From Octopus vulgaris (lineage: Eukaryota): a stretch of DNA of 64,000 bases. The translations under genes were made by a program, and so were the position numbers. A model generated the notes under the pieces. It was not told the DNA's origin and did not search any database. It saw nothing but the letters and a program-made list of their open reading frames with translations. Below, one piece after another: positions 13,722 to 26,910 of the stretch (position 1 is its first letter; every line of letters starts with the position of its first letter). The stretch spans positions 83,700,001 to 83,764,000 of the forward strand of contig OX597821.1 of NCBI GenBank assembly GCA_951406725.2, read 5' to 3'.

Positions 13722-14112
13722 TTTTTTATTTTATCTAGTTTCAGCTCACGAGCTGTGGCCATGCTGGGGTACCGCCATTCAGTGTTGCTACATGATTTTA
13801 CTTCACGAATACTTTTTAGCATTTGCCATTTGGTGCACCTCCTGCCGTGAAGTTGGTTCATCTGGGACACCTGACAGGAAGAGATCCAGTTTCATTTTAA
13901 AGACATCTGCATCCACCCCATGCAGGTTTCTCAGGTCCTTCGGGAGGATATTGAAGAGCTGTGGACCTCTGAAGCCCAGGCTATCACAGTATCTTGTCCT
14001 ACATCTTGATGGCAAATTTGGAGCCCTTGGCACTATGCAGTGGCACCCAGTTCTGGTATTTGTGTAACTCTCGATGCCAAAGTTTGGGACAAGTCCTTCC
14101 AAGATCTTCCAG
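13722..14112 (-). mobile_element. CR1/L2-like LINE 3' end (ORF2 C-terminus plus 3' UTR)
   Basis: WKILEGLVPNFG..GPQLFNILPKDLRNLHGVDADVFKMKLDLFLSGVPDEP; terminal stem-loop shared with SINE A. Confidence 0.8.
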
Positions 14113-14290
14113 AGATTAATTTAATTAATATTAAATACAAGAAGGACATTTGAGCTGGGACATTTATACACAAAAGAGGTTACCCTTAACAAGACACCTT
14201 CAATGCTAAAAGCAACAGTCAAAATCCAGACCACAGTTAAGAGCAAATTTCAAAGGGGATGAAAAATAAAATCATTTTCAAGGGTTATCA

Positions 14291-14360
14291 CTCGTACCTA
14301 GGTTTCGGACATTAGTGAACAAATAAAATAATCTGTTTATCTGTGTCCTTCATCAACAAG
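14291..14360 (-). ncRNA. Type I hammerhead ribozyme with 8-nt palindromic stem III
   Basis: Minus strand CTTG-TTGATGA-A-GGACA...TGTCC-GAA-ACCTAGGT-A-CGAG; position 3 is U opposite G8. Confidence 0.75.
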
Positions 14361-14511
14361 GGCCACTAGATTACATATAATTATGGGGCAAGAAGAGAGC
14401 ACATGCACCATCTTTATACATTATAATTTTTCAAATCCACTGCACAAGTGCAGTTATCGTCGGCAGCAAATAAAAAACTTTATGTGCCAACTTTCTTCGA
14501 AATTACTAAAA

Positions 14512-14554
<43 letters not shown>

Positions 14555-15280
14555 TATGCTTAGGTATAGCTTAGGTATGGCAATATATATATATTGAGCT
14601 CTAACCAATTAAAAGTTTGTATACTTATGTCCTGGAGTAAAGTGTTACCAGGTGCATACAGATCAGTTTCAACAACAATAAGTGCAGTACTCAGAGCTGA
14701 GTGGCCATGTGATATAGCATCCTCAGAGTCATTTAGATGAAGTGTAAGCTTTCCACAATAAACAGATACTTCATTTTAATGTCTACCAGATTTTCACTTG
14801 CATTCAGCCTCAAGTGCACTGCTTCCTGTAATGGAAACAGCTGTAAACTTATGAAAGTCATAATGCAAATACTATTTTGCATTTAGTCATTTACTGATAT
14901 AAGATCAACGACATACATATAGATATACATACATATCAAATGTTGTTACACATCGCTGGTCACAATGCGCTTTGCATTGTTTCAGCCTTCAAATGATGCC
15001 ACCCCGAGAGAAAGTTGAGGCGAAAGAGTACAGCAGGGATCGTCACCATCCCCTGCTGGAGCCTCGTGGAGCTTTAGGTGTTTTTGCTCAATAAACACTC
15101 ACAACGTCCGGTCTGAGAATCGAAATCGCGATCCTGCGACCGCGAGTCCACTGCCCTAACCACTGGGCCAATGCGCCTCCACACACACATATATATATAT
15201 ATATTTATATATATATATATATTTATATAAGAAATATTGAATTTCTAAATCTCTCGTAGAGACCTGTACGGTGGTGGGGC

Positions 15281-15884
15281 TATAGAATGGTTGTATACTG
15301 TCAATCTAACAAGAACGTGACAGTAGGGGGTACACCACTGTTGTATAGCCCTAGGAGGCATCGAACGCCTCCTGACAGCTTCGACACATTTTTTCCCTGT
15401 GTCCTTATATACATATATGAAGGGGAGACAAACACCCCCAATTGCCAGAACTACATCTAGGGACACCATGTTTCAGAATCCTGAAACACGGTGTTTTTTC
15501 CCTGTGTCCTTATATACATATATGAAGGGGAGACAAACACCCCCAACCGCCAGAACTGCATCTAGGGACACCATGTTTCAGAATCCTGAAACACGGTGTT
15601 TTTTCCCTGTGTCCTTATATACATATATGAAGGGGAGACAAACACCCCCAACCGCCAGAACTGCATCTAGGGACACCGTGTTTCAGGATCCTGAAACACG
15701 GTGTCCCTAGATGCAGTTCTGGCGGTTGGGGGTGTTTGTCTCCCCTTCGTATATGTATATAAGGACACAGGGAAAAAATGTGTCGAAGCTGTCAGGAGGC
15801 GTTCGATGCCTCCTAGGGCTATACAACAGTGGTGTACCCCCTACTGTCACGTTCTTGTTAGATTGACAGTATACAACCATTCTA

Positions 15885-15886
<2 letters not shown>
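15281..15886. repeat. Spacerless foldback element with 3 x 105-bp internal tandem repeat
   Basis: Near-perfect palindrome centred on GGATCC (15688/15689); outer arms 15281-15388 and 15779-15886; repeat units start near 15390, 15495, 15600. Confidence 0.9.
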
Positions 15887-15916
<30 letters not shown>

Positions 15917-15965
15917 GATATATATACAGACACATATATATATACATATATACATGTGCATATAT

Positions 15966-15998
<33 letters not shown>

Positions 15999-16342
15999 TG
16001 CACATATATATATGTGTGTGTGTAACGACCCTCCATGTTTGTTTATGTTCGGTTTCCTTGTATGTCTCCACTGTCATGTTTTTGTTCCCAACTTTGACCC
16101 TCCTTAAATCTTAAATTCTGTTTTAGAATTTATGGGAGCAACTGTCTTTGAAGGCTCGTATTGTCGTTGAATGCTCGAAATGAGGAGTAGATAGACAGCA
16201 AACAACTGATGAAAGGTGTTTTCTCTGTGTTTACTTGTCCTGTTTTCCATTTTTGTCTTGTTGCTTACGTATTTAACTCATTTGTTTACGTATTTTATGT
16301 TATTTGCAATGTTGGTGATGTCCTGTACCCATATATGCATGT

Positions 16343-16383
<41 letters not shown>

Positions 16384-16888
16384 CAAAATAAACAAATTAT
16401 AATCATGCCATTTGATTTATATGAATAATACCATACAAAATTCTGGCGCCTTTAACTTAAGTACCATATTCATCTGCATCTAAATTTTGCTGAACTTGTA
16501 TATATATATATATATTTATTATGTATAGATATTTCTCCTTCCTTCTTTCCCTTTGGATTTCCTGCTTTTCCCGCTTCCAGCTATGCTTGAAACATATCAA
16601 GAGCTATGCTTGAAACATAAAACAACAACTCTCTTCTTTCTCCGAGCATTATATTAATACATTACTTGTTTTGTGTCCTCATGTTTGTTTGTTTTCTCAT
16701 TTTTTTTTTTGAATTGACTATTTACTGCACGCTCACATAGACTCCCATCCTTCTGTCAGTTTTGGAGCATCTTATTTATGGATCTCTCTCTCTACCATTG
16801 GATTACATCACCTTATTCATTCGGAGTACACCAGTTCTGCACCTTTGATTGTGAATCATTTTAATATATATATATACATACATACACA

Positions 16889-16942
<54 letters not shown>

Positions 16943-17300
16943 CATGGTGTGGTGGGTAAATTGTCGCCATTTTTAATTTTTAATTTTGCACATGCACATT
17001 GTTTGTTTTTGATTTTGTCAACTACACAGTATAGTAGGGTCAGTTGGGCACCGTCTGTGAGAAAAACACCACCATGACACAATTCACTCTGCTAGAAATT
17101 TGGAATCAACATTCTATACTGCCTGGCATTCATGCTGGAAGCTCCAGCACAAACATTTCAGAGTGTTTGGATGCAGTCTGAGGACATGTACCGAGAGTAA
17201 TAAAAATCAAACATCCAGTCAACATCATGGTATATGGAGTGATCACTAGTGATGGTGATGTTATTCCTCCATTCATCTTCCCACATGGCCTCAGACTCAA
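16943..17300 (+). mobile_element. Internally deleted Tc1/mariner (maT/DD37D-like) fragment
   Basis: Starts after (TA)n; translation IKHPVNIMVYGVITSDGDVIPPFIFPHGLRL resembles the KHPxxVMVWG motif. Confidence 0.6.
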
Positions 17301-17493
17301 AATAATAGAATTTTTCACTCTCTTATAACAAACCACAGTTCTCTTTCTGCGGTGCTATTTTTGTAACACACATGGTAATTTTGGAGGGAAAATGCAAATT
17401 CATTCATCTATATGGATTTGGTTTGTGCTGATTATCTCCTGTTATCTCCGATGGCGCGGGATTGGGATGCAAGAGGTAGGTAAATAATGGAAT

Positions 17494-17552
17494 GTTGTGC
17501 TGAAGACGGGAATTAGTTCTTTATAATTGTAACCCAGAAACGCATCCACAAC
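17494..17552 (+). ncRNA. Type I hammerhead ribozyme (canonical core)
   Basis: GTTGTG-CTGAAGA-CGGG aatta..taatt.. CCCA-GAA-ACGCAT-C-CACAAC: perfect 6-bp stem I; stem III is one CpG-type change from ACGCGT. Confidence 0.8.
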
Positions 17553-17715
17553 TAACCGAAGACTGTTTGTTTTTGTTATTTTTCCTTCTTTTTGCATATG
17601 TGAGTTGCAAGTAAATGTTATATGTGGAGCTATATTTGTAGAAAATAGGAATAAGTGGTCTTTGACTGCTATTTCTAAATTTTCAGTATGTGGCTAAGCA
17701 ACTTGTTGCTTAACC

Positions 17716-17781
<66 letters not shown>

Positions 17782-17897
17782 AACTTTTTGCAAAAGTTCC
17801 TACCGATAATGGTTATATTTCCATACCGAAACTACTCGGTAATAATTGTTCATTTTTAAAATTAATAATTATTTACCCTTATATTATATATATATAT

Positions 17898-18222
17898 CTC
17901 GTCTGGCACCGGTGTTGGTGGCACATAAAAAACACCATCCGAGCGTGGCTGTTCGCCAGCCTCGTCTGGCACCTGTGTCGGTGGCACATAAAAAACACCA
18001 TCCGAGCGTGGCCGTTCGCCAGCCTCGTCTGGCACCTGTGTCGGTGGCACATAAAAAGCACCCACTACACTCATGGAGTGGTTGGCATTAAGAAGGGCAT
18101 CCAGCTGTAGAAACACTGCCAGATCTGACTGGGCCTGATGAAGCCTTCCAGCTTCACAGACCCCAATTGAACCATCCAACCCATGCTAGCATGGAAAGCG
18201 GACGTTAAACGATGATGATGAT
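17898..18222 (+). mobile_element. SINE family D with 63-bp internal tandem repeats
   Basis: Three ctcgtctggcacc..ggcacataaaaa units, (GAT)n tail. Confidence 0.85.
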
Positions 18223-18309
18223 ATATATATATATACATGTGTGTGTGTGTGCATGTGTGTGTGCATGTGTGTGTGTGTGAGTGTATAAATATATATATGT
18301 TTATATATA

Positions 18310-18494
18310 TTTTTTATTATTAAAGTTGCAAGAACATCACAAAAAACTGCTACTCAGGGTTTCATGTTTGTGTTCGTCGGACATTTGTGATCAAGAACTT
18401 TGATCACAACTGCCTGACGAATGGGAACATGAAACCCCGAGGAGTATTTTTTGTTTTTTTTTGTGATGTTGTTGCAGCTTTAATAATAAAAAAA
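18310..18494. mobile_element. Foldback element carrying two divergent hammerhead motifs
   Basis: ~90-bp imperfect inverted arms; HHR on the minus strand at 18345-18386 and on the plus strand at 18408-18446. Confidence 0.7.
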
Positions 18495-18582
18495 GGCATA
18501 TTACTCTACCTCCAGTATTCAAGTTCTACTTTTTTTCCCACCTTGTTTCACATTTATGTGATTACTTGTGTATATTTTTACA

Positions 18583-18690
<108 letters not shown>

Positions 18691-19783
18691 TATATTTACA
18701 GGGTATTTCAAAAGTGTCTGCAGCATTTTAATACTGTTTAATCCCATTATTAAAAAATGTACCATGAAATTGTATATCCTTTGAATAAACAGCAAATATC
18801 ATTCTATTCAGCATTAAGGTGGTGAGCTGACACAATCAATAACATGCCTAGTAAAGAGCTTAGAGGCATTTCTTCCGACTTCATGTTCTGACTCCATATT
18901 TTGCCGAGGTCAGCTTTATTTTTTGGCCTTTTGGGGATGATAAAATAAATACTAGTTTAGCACTGAACTTGAGGTAACTGACTTCACCCCTACCTCACCA
19001 AAAATTTCAGGCCTTGTGCCTATTCTTTTATTTTTTTTACTTGTTTCAGTAATCTGACTGCAGCCATGCTGCAGCACTGCCTTTTAGTCGAACAAATTGA
19101 CCCTAAGTGTGAAAAACCAGATCTGACTCGTGTGTGTGTGTGTGCATGTGCACGTGTGTGTTAGTCTGTCTGTGTTTGTCTTCCACCACTGCTTGTCAAC
19201 CGGTGTTGGTGTGTTTACACCCTTGTAACTTAGCGAAAACACATTTAAATAAAAGGGGTCCTTGATAGTGAAAAGGCTAGGAACCACTGCTGTAGGACAT
19301 TGGTAAAAAAAAAGGCCCTTTGAATCATGCTGTATTGAACTGAGTGGAGTTTTATGAAAATGGATGGTAACAGATGGCTGTGTCTCACTGAGCATGTTTG
19401 ATCTTCTTGATCCAGGTCAATCTTCCAATAAGATTTGTCATCATCATCATTGTTTAACGTCCGCTTTCCATGCTGGCATGGGCTGGATGGTTCGACTGAG
19501 GATTGGCAAGCCAGGAGACTGCACTAGGCTCCAATCTGATCTGGCATTAGGATGCTCTTCCTAATGCCAACCACTCCGAGAATGTAGTGGGTGCTTTTTA
19601 CATGCCACTGGCATGGGAGTCAGTCAGGACACACTGGCATCAACCATGCTTGAATGGTGCTTTTTATGAGCCAATGGCATGGGAGCCAATCAGGCAGCAC
19701 TGGCATTGGTCATGCTCGAATGGTGCTTTTTATGTGCCATCAGCGTAGCTTCAAAATTCCTTGGAATTTTCACAGATGGTAAC

Positions 19784-20200
19784 ATAGGTGCAGGAATGGC
19801 TGTATGGTAAGAAGCTTGCTTCCCAACCACATGATTCTAGGTTCAGTCCCACTGACTAGCACCTTGGGCAAGAGTCTTCTACTATAGCCTTGGGCCAACC
19901 AAAGGTTTTTGTGTGGATTTGGTAGATGGAAACTGAATGAAGCCTGTTGTGTATGTATATGTATGTGTGTGCATGTGTGTCTCTGTTTTTGTTCCCTACC
20001 ATAGCTTGACAACCAGTGTTGGTGTGTTTACATCCCCTATAACTTAGCGGCAAAATTGTCCGATAGAATAAGTACCAAGCTTAAAAAATGAAAAAAAAAT
20101 ACTGGGGTAAATTTATTCACACAAAAGTTCTTCAGAATGGCGTCCCAGGATTGCCACAGTCTAATGACTGAAGCAAGTAAGAGAATAAAAGAATGAAAGA
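19784..20200 (+). mobile_element. SINE family A
   Basis: Homology to the other family A copies. Confidence 0.8.
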
Positions 20201-20410
20201 ATAGCTAGAAAAGTTCCAATGCATTTCTTGTTTCTGTTCTGTTTGGACTTGGACTGTTGATTTGGTTGATATTCTGTGCCATTTTTATGGCAAAGAACAC
20301 ATTATCATGTTTTGATAATGGTATTTTCCTTTCTAAATGCAACGGAAAATAGATAAATATTTAAAAGGGAAATTTTAATAAAAAAGAAAAACTAAAATTT
20401 TTTATATGTC

Positions 20411-20572
20411 ATAGGAGTGGCTGTGTGGTAAGTAGCTTGCTTATGAATCACATGGTTCCGGGTTCAGTCCCACTGTGTGGCACCTTGGGCAAGGGTATTC
20501 AACTATAGCCTCGGGCCGACCAAAGCCTTGTGAGTGGATTTGGTAGACGGAAACTGAAAGAAGCCCGTCGTA

Positions 20573-20627
<55 letters not shown>

Positions 20628-20842
20628 GTGTGTGTAAATGTTTGTGTCTGAGGTTGTCCCCCGAACATTGCTTGACAACTGATGCTGGTGTGTTTATGTC
20701 CCCGTAATTTAGCGCTTCAGCAAAAGAGACCAATAGAATAAGTACTAGGCTTACAAAGAATAAGTCCTGGGGTTGATTTGCTCGACTAAAGGCCATGCTC
20801 CAGCATGGCCACAGTCAAATGACTGAAACAAGTAAAAGAGTA
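20411..20842 (+). mobile_element. SINE family A (near full length, internal (TA)n)
   Basis: tRNA-like head, central microsatellite, LINE-like tail. Confidence 0.85.
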
Positions 20843-20948
20843 ACAGAGATCATTAAAATGCTTAAAAGAATTTGAATTACCCAATCTCCCTCCCTACCTC
20901 TCCCCCTCCCTCCCTGCCTTTCTCTCTCTCTCTTCTCTATGAATATTA

Positions 20949-21002
<54 letters not shown>

Positions 21003-21489
21003 TCAGTAAGTATAGATGTATGTATGAACATTGACATGGACAAAGATATGTATGGAAAGCTGTTACAGTTTGCTTTTGGATTCATATGCATCAGCAGATA
21101 TGTAAATACTCACCCAAAGTATATAGGTAGACACACACACAAAGACACACAGAGACACACATACATATATATATATACTCTGTGTGTGTGTGTGTGTGTG
21201 TATGTGTGTGTATGTCTCTTTATCTTGATATTGCATGACAGTCGTTGGGAAACAACATGCTCATACTAGCAATGTTATTAATTTGCCATCTCTTGTGATA
21301 CCATGTCCAGGCAGTGTGTTGCTCATGTTTGAAGAACCTTGGAGAAATATTACCATTGCTTGGAAACAGGTGAGGTTTGGTGACAGGAAGTGCATCCAGC
21401 TGTAGAAAGTCTGCCTCAACAAGATTCTATCAGACTCAAGGAAACAAGGAAATGGTGGCATTAAAAAGAGAATGATGATGATGAACAGT

Positions 21490-22163
21490 AGCATACATAT
21501 ATGTATATATGTATGCATGTATGTATGTATGTGTGTATGTATGTATGTATGTATGTATGAATGTATGTATATATGCATGTATGTATGTATATATGTATGC
21601 ATGTATGTATGTATGTGTGTATGTATGTATGTATGTATGTATGTATGTGTGATGTATGTATGTATGCATGAATGTATGTATGTATGCATGTATGTATGTA
21701 TGTATATATGTATGTATGTGTGATGTATGTATGTATGCATGAATGTATGCACGTATGTATGTATGTGTGAGTATATATATGAACACACACACATATATAA
21801 GTATATACATACACACAGACATAGATATGTATATATATATGTGTGTATATATATATAAACACACACACAGACATACATGCACATACATATACTTACACAT
21901 GCACACATATATACATGCATTCACAAATATATATATACATGTGTGTGTGTATGTGTGTCTGTCTGTCTGTGTGTGTGTGCGCGCACGTGTATATATACAT
22001 ACATGCTCGCATTTACACATTCAGATATTCATATATAAACATAAATGTAAATATATGCCTGCAACGTTTCATAGATCCTTATATACATCTATATAAAAAA
22101 TACAAACAGGCATTATCTCTCTCTCTATATATATATATATATATGTGTGTGTGTATATGTATG

Positions 22164-22217
<54 letters not shown>

Positions 22218-22526
22218 CACATTCCTACATACCTACATACATACATGCGTACATACACACACACATACATGCATGCATATGTGACATATGCAGATGCATA
22301 TGGCTGCACCAGAAGCTGTTACAGTTTGTTTTCTCGCTGTCAGAATCATCTCCTGTCTCTTCTTCAATGAATAACAAACAGCTGTGAACACACATACATA
22401 TCTCCAGATGTTCACACACACACACACACACACTCATACGCAAACATGGACACACATTCATGCACACGCTCCATATATGCAAAAATTTCCCCATGTTCGC
22501 ACACATCTTTGCATAGACACACACAG

Positions 22527-22563
<37 letters not shown>

Positions 22564-22859
22564 CGTGTGCAAACATCCTCATGTGTTTATACACACACAT
22601 ACATCCTCATATGTTTATACATAGACACACACATTTCAAACATTCACACACTCGTACACACACTCACACACACATAAAACACATGCAGAGCAAATAAATT
22701 TACACATGTGTTTTCAATTTAAAGAAATTATCAGGAAGATCTGGGTTTTTATCCTTTCTAATATTTTCCAAGGTTCAGATGGTTCCAGAATATATTTATT
22801 TTACTTCCCTATTATTATCATTATTATTATTATTATTATTATTTTTCTTGTTGTTGTCA

Positions 22860-22923
<64 letters not shown>

Positions 22924-22970
22924 CATTATTATTATTATTATTAGTATCATCATCATCATAATCATCATCA

Positions 22971-23046
<76 letters not shown>

Positions 23047-23102
23047 CATTATTATCATTTTTCTTCTTGTTGTCATTGTTATTATTATTATTATTATTGT
23101 TG

Positions 23103-23155
<53 letters not shown>

Positions 23156-23458
23156 GCTGTTGTTGTTGTTGTTGTTGTCTATCAAGAAGACATTTTAGTT
23201 GTTGCAATTCAAGAAAGATGTTTGAAAAGAACAGCTATGCATTTATTCCTGCATCCGGAAATCCATGCATGCATACACACGAACACTTACATACCTACAT
23301 ACACACAGACACACGAGTGCATATATGTATGCATATACACACACACACGCACATGAGTTACATAGCAAGATAGTTGGATCAAGATATAATTATATAGTTA
23401 TAGATATATAGATATGCTTTTATGTATTTCTAAATATATATATATATATATATGCATT

Positions 23459-23501
<43 letters not shown>

Positions 23502-23645
23502 GTATAAATATATGTGTTTATGCATCTATATATGTGTGTGTATTTTATGTGTGTATACGTATATATATATATATATATACGTATATATATACATACACAC
23601 ACACATATATGTATGTATGTATGTGCATATGTGTGTTTGTGTATA
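21490..23645. repeat. Microsatellite field ((TATG)n, (TA)n, (CA)n, (ATT)n)
   Basis: Directly visible. Confidence 0.9.
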
Positions 23646-26120
23646 TGAGAATTCCCCTCCACCTCTCTACTGCTGTAACTTACCTTAACTTAATGATGAT
23701 GGTCATGAAGGTATGAAACTGTACAGATTTCATCTATTTCTTAAGATCTCTTATCTATGACTGTCTGCTTCACTACTTAAAAGACATTGCACTAAAGCAC
23801 TAAAGCTGCTAGCCACCCCCACCCCCGCCCCTCCACCCTACTACCAACACCACATTATATTATGGAATTAGTTAAACAAAGACACTATAATTTAAAACAG
23901 AAATCTGTTATTGTCTTCATTTTAATTTGCTCTGTTTGTGTTATCTTAAGAGCTACTTTATGAAATAATATGTTAGTTTCACTATGAAAACACTTTTTGT
24001 CTTCTTCTTTATCATCATCATTATCACCGCCACCACCACCATCACCACCACCATGATCATCATGATCATCATTATTACCACCACCATCACCATCACCACC
24101 ACCACCACCACCATCATGATTATCATCATTACCACCATCTTAAGGATCATCATGATCACCACTACCACCCACCACCACCACCACCACCACCACCACCACC
24201 ACCACCACCACCACCACCACCACCACTACCACTGCTATCATCGTCATTGTCGTCATTGTCATCATCATCATTGTTTTAATGTCCTCTTTTCTGTGTTTGT
24301 AAGGGGCAGGTTTTCTGAGCTAGATTTTCTACAGCCTGATGCCTTTCCTGTTGCCAACTATTACCTGTTTCCATGCGGGGTTAATATTACCTCATGGCTT
24401 TGATATATTTTTGCAGTTTATTGGAAATAAATGGATGCTGATTGGATGATAGTGGCATTCATTTTCAACTATTATGTGATGTAAGACCAGAACCCCCTCC
24501 ACACACACACATTGTAGAAGACCAAAATACTCACTGGTTTATCCTGACTTCATCAGCAAAGCATAAATGGATCTCTGTTAGTTTTGACATGAGGAGTCAG
24601 TTGTTAGATCAATGGAGTTATCTGCTCATTGAATTAGTAAGTGGCTGTGTATTCCACAGGCATGTTTAATGTAATTCTCTGGTAGAGTCAGTGTGGTGCA
24701 ATTTATGATCTGGACCTTTAAATTGCAAGACACAGAACATCCAATAGGCTTCCCCAAAGGCAAATTCGCTCACAACATTTGGATTGACCTTAGCCAAGGA
24801 TAAAATACATTTGTCTTAGATGTCATGCAATGGGATTGAATTTGGGAACTCATGGTTGCAAAGCATATTTCTCAAACATTTGGCCATGCTGTGTCCATCA
24901 GCAATACAAAGCTTTCATCACGCCAGCTGAGTTAACGATGACAGAGTCATCATCATCATCATCATCACCATCATTTACTTTGACAAGCTTGCATGTTGGG
25001 GAAGATTTTCTATGGTTGGACGCCCTTCCTGTCACCTGTTTTCAAGCAAGGTAATATTTTTTCCATTGCAAGGCAGTGAGCTGGTAGAATCATTAATACA
25101 TTGGACAAAATGCTAAGCAGCATTTCATCTGTCCTCGTGTTCTGAGTTCAAATTCTGCTGAGGTCAACTTTGTCTTTTGTCCTTTCAGGGTCAATAAAAT
25201 AAGTAGCAGTTGAACACTGGGGTTAATGTAATCAACTCCCACCAAGTCGTTAGCCTTGTGCCAAAATTAGAAACCAATATTTTCCCATTGCTTAACATGA
25301 GCTGAGTGGGTGACAATATGGGTAATGGAAGGAGCAGAGCCAAGTGTATAAGATGGGGACCTGAGTGGAGGTTGTAAGAGACCAGGTAGCTTTTAAGAGT
25401 AGATGCTGCTGTAATAGTGGCAGAAGAGGAAAAGTATGGAGACAGAATGTCTATGGACTAGAGACTGAAGCATTATGGTGAGTAACTTTATCCCAATCAG
25501 TGGAGTGAACTTTTCTGCAGAGTTTATGATTCTGTCTAGGATGCTTGTATACACAGCAGCAGCAGCACTGTCCCAAATGTGAACAAAGGCATCTGGGCCA
25601 CTCTTCTAACAGTTCTGCTAATTCATCATCCTGGATTCATAATCTTTTTCATCGACATTCGTGTTTGATTTGAGGGAGATTCAGTTGCTATTTCTACCAG
25701 GTTGAGTGACTATAGAGATGATCCCTTGTTGGTTTATAAACAGTTTACTTATAATAGATGGTTACAAAGTCTATAAAACTACAATAAATCTCTGACAATT
25801 ACTTCTCAATTATATATTAGAGAATGTGTATATTATCAGTTGCCCAGCTTTCTGTGACTAACACTATATTGTTTCTGATTTATTATCCCCATAATGATTC
25901 GTTTCTCAACTTCAGTATTGATTTCCTTACATAGGCACAAAGCTACAAATTTACAAGGGAAGAGGAATATGATTGTGCAATAACATTCATGTCTTTTTCA
26001 TTAGCACTCGTGTAACTGAAATGAAATAGCTATAACTATGAATTTGAAACTAGGCTACAGGCAAAGCTCATTAGGACCTTATCTCTTCCTTACATCATTT
26101 ATCACATCTGAACTTTTATT

Positions 26121-26212
<92 letters not shown>

Positions 26213-26485
26213 TATGATTATTATTATTATTATTATTATTGTATTGTTCCCCTCATCTATTGGCCTTGTGGCAAATAAAAGAAATCCCCCCTCCTCCTCC
26301 TCCTCCTCCTCATCATCATCATCATCATCATCGTCATCATTGTTGATTGTTATTGTTGTTGTTGAGGTCAACTTTGCTTTCCATCCTTTCAGGGTTGATA
26401 AAACAGATACCACTCCAGCAGTGGGATTGATATAACCAACCTATCCCCTCCCTCGAATTGCTGGCTTTGTGCTAAAATTTGAAAC

Positions 26486-26587
<102 letters not shown>

Positions 26588-26589
26588 TA

Positions 26590-26910
26590 CACTAGTACAT
26601 GTTAATTTAGTTAGCAGGTATTCTATCTTGATGTTTGGTGACAACATGTCTCCTCAAATCTCAAGAATCCTCCTTAGAATTCTTGCAGAATGTAGGATGG
26701 TACTTTCCTGCAGATTCACAATATGAGTTTCAGTTCCAATTTCTTTCAGTCTTTTAGTAAGCATTTTGGGTTTTGTGCAAAAAGCACCAATTACTACAGG
26801 AACAATTGTTGTTTTGGTCTTCCATTGTTTCCTCAGTTCTATGGCTAGATCCTGATATTCCTCAATTTTAAAAAATTTCTTTGGTATCAACTCTGCTTTG
26901 TGTACCACTC
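26590..26910 (-). mobile_element. R4/Dong-clade LINE 3' end abutting (TAA)n
   Basis: KIEEYQDLAIELRKQWKTKTTIVPVVIGAF..LQESTILHSARILRRILEI; (TTA)n at 26487-26590. Confidence 0.8.

Noticed and set aside
15390-15700. CRISPR-like or repeat-protein reading of the 105-bp repeats
   Set aside because: No unique spacers, eukaryotic context, and the 35-aa repeat ORF only follows from 105 being divisible by 3.
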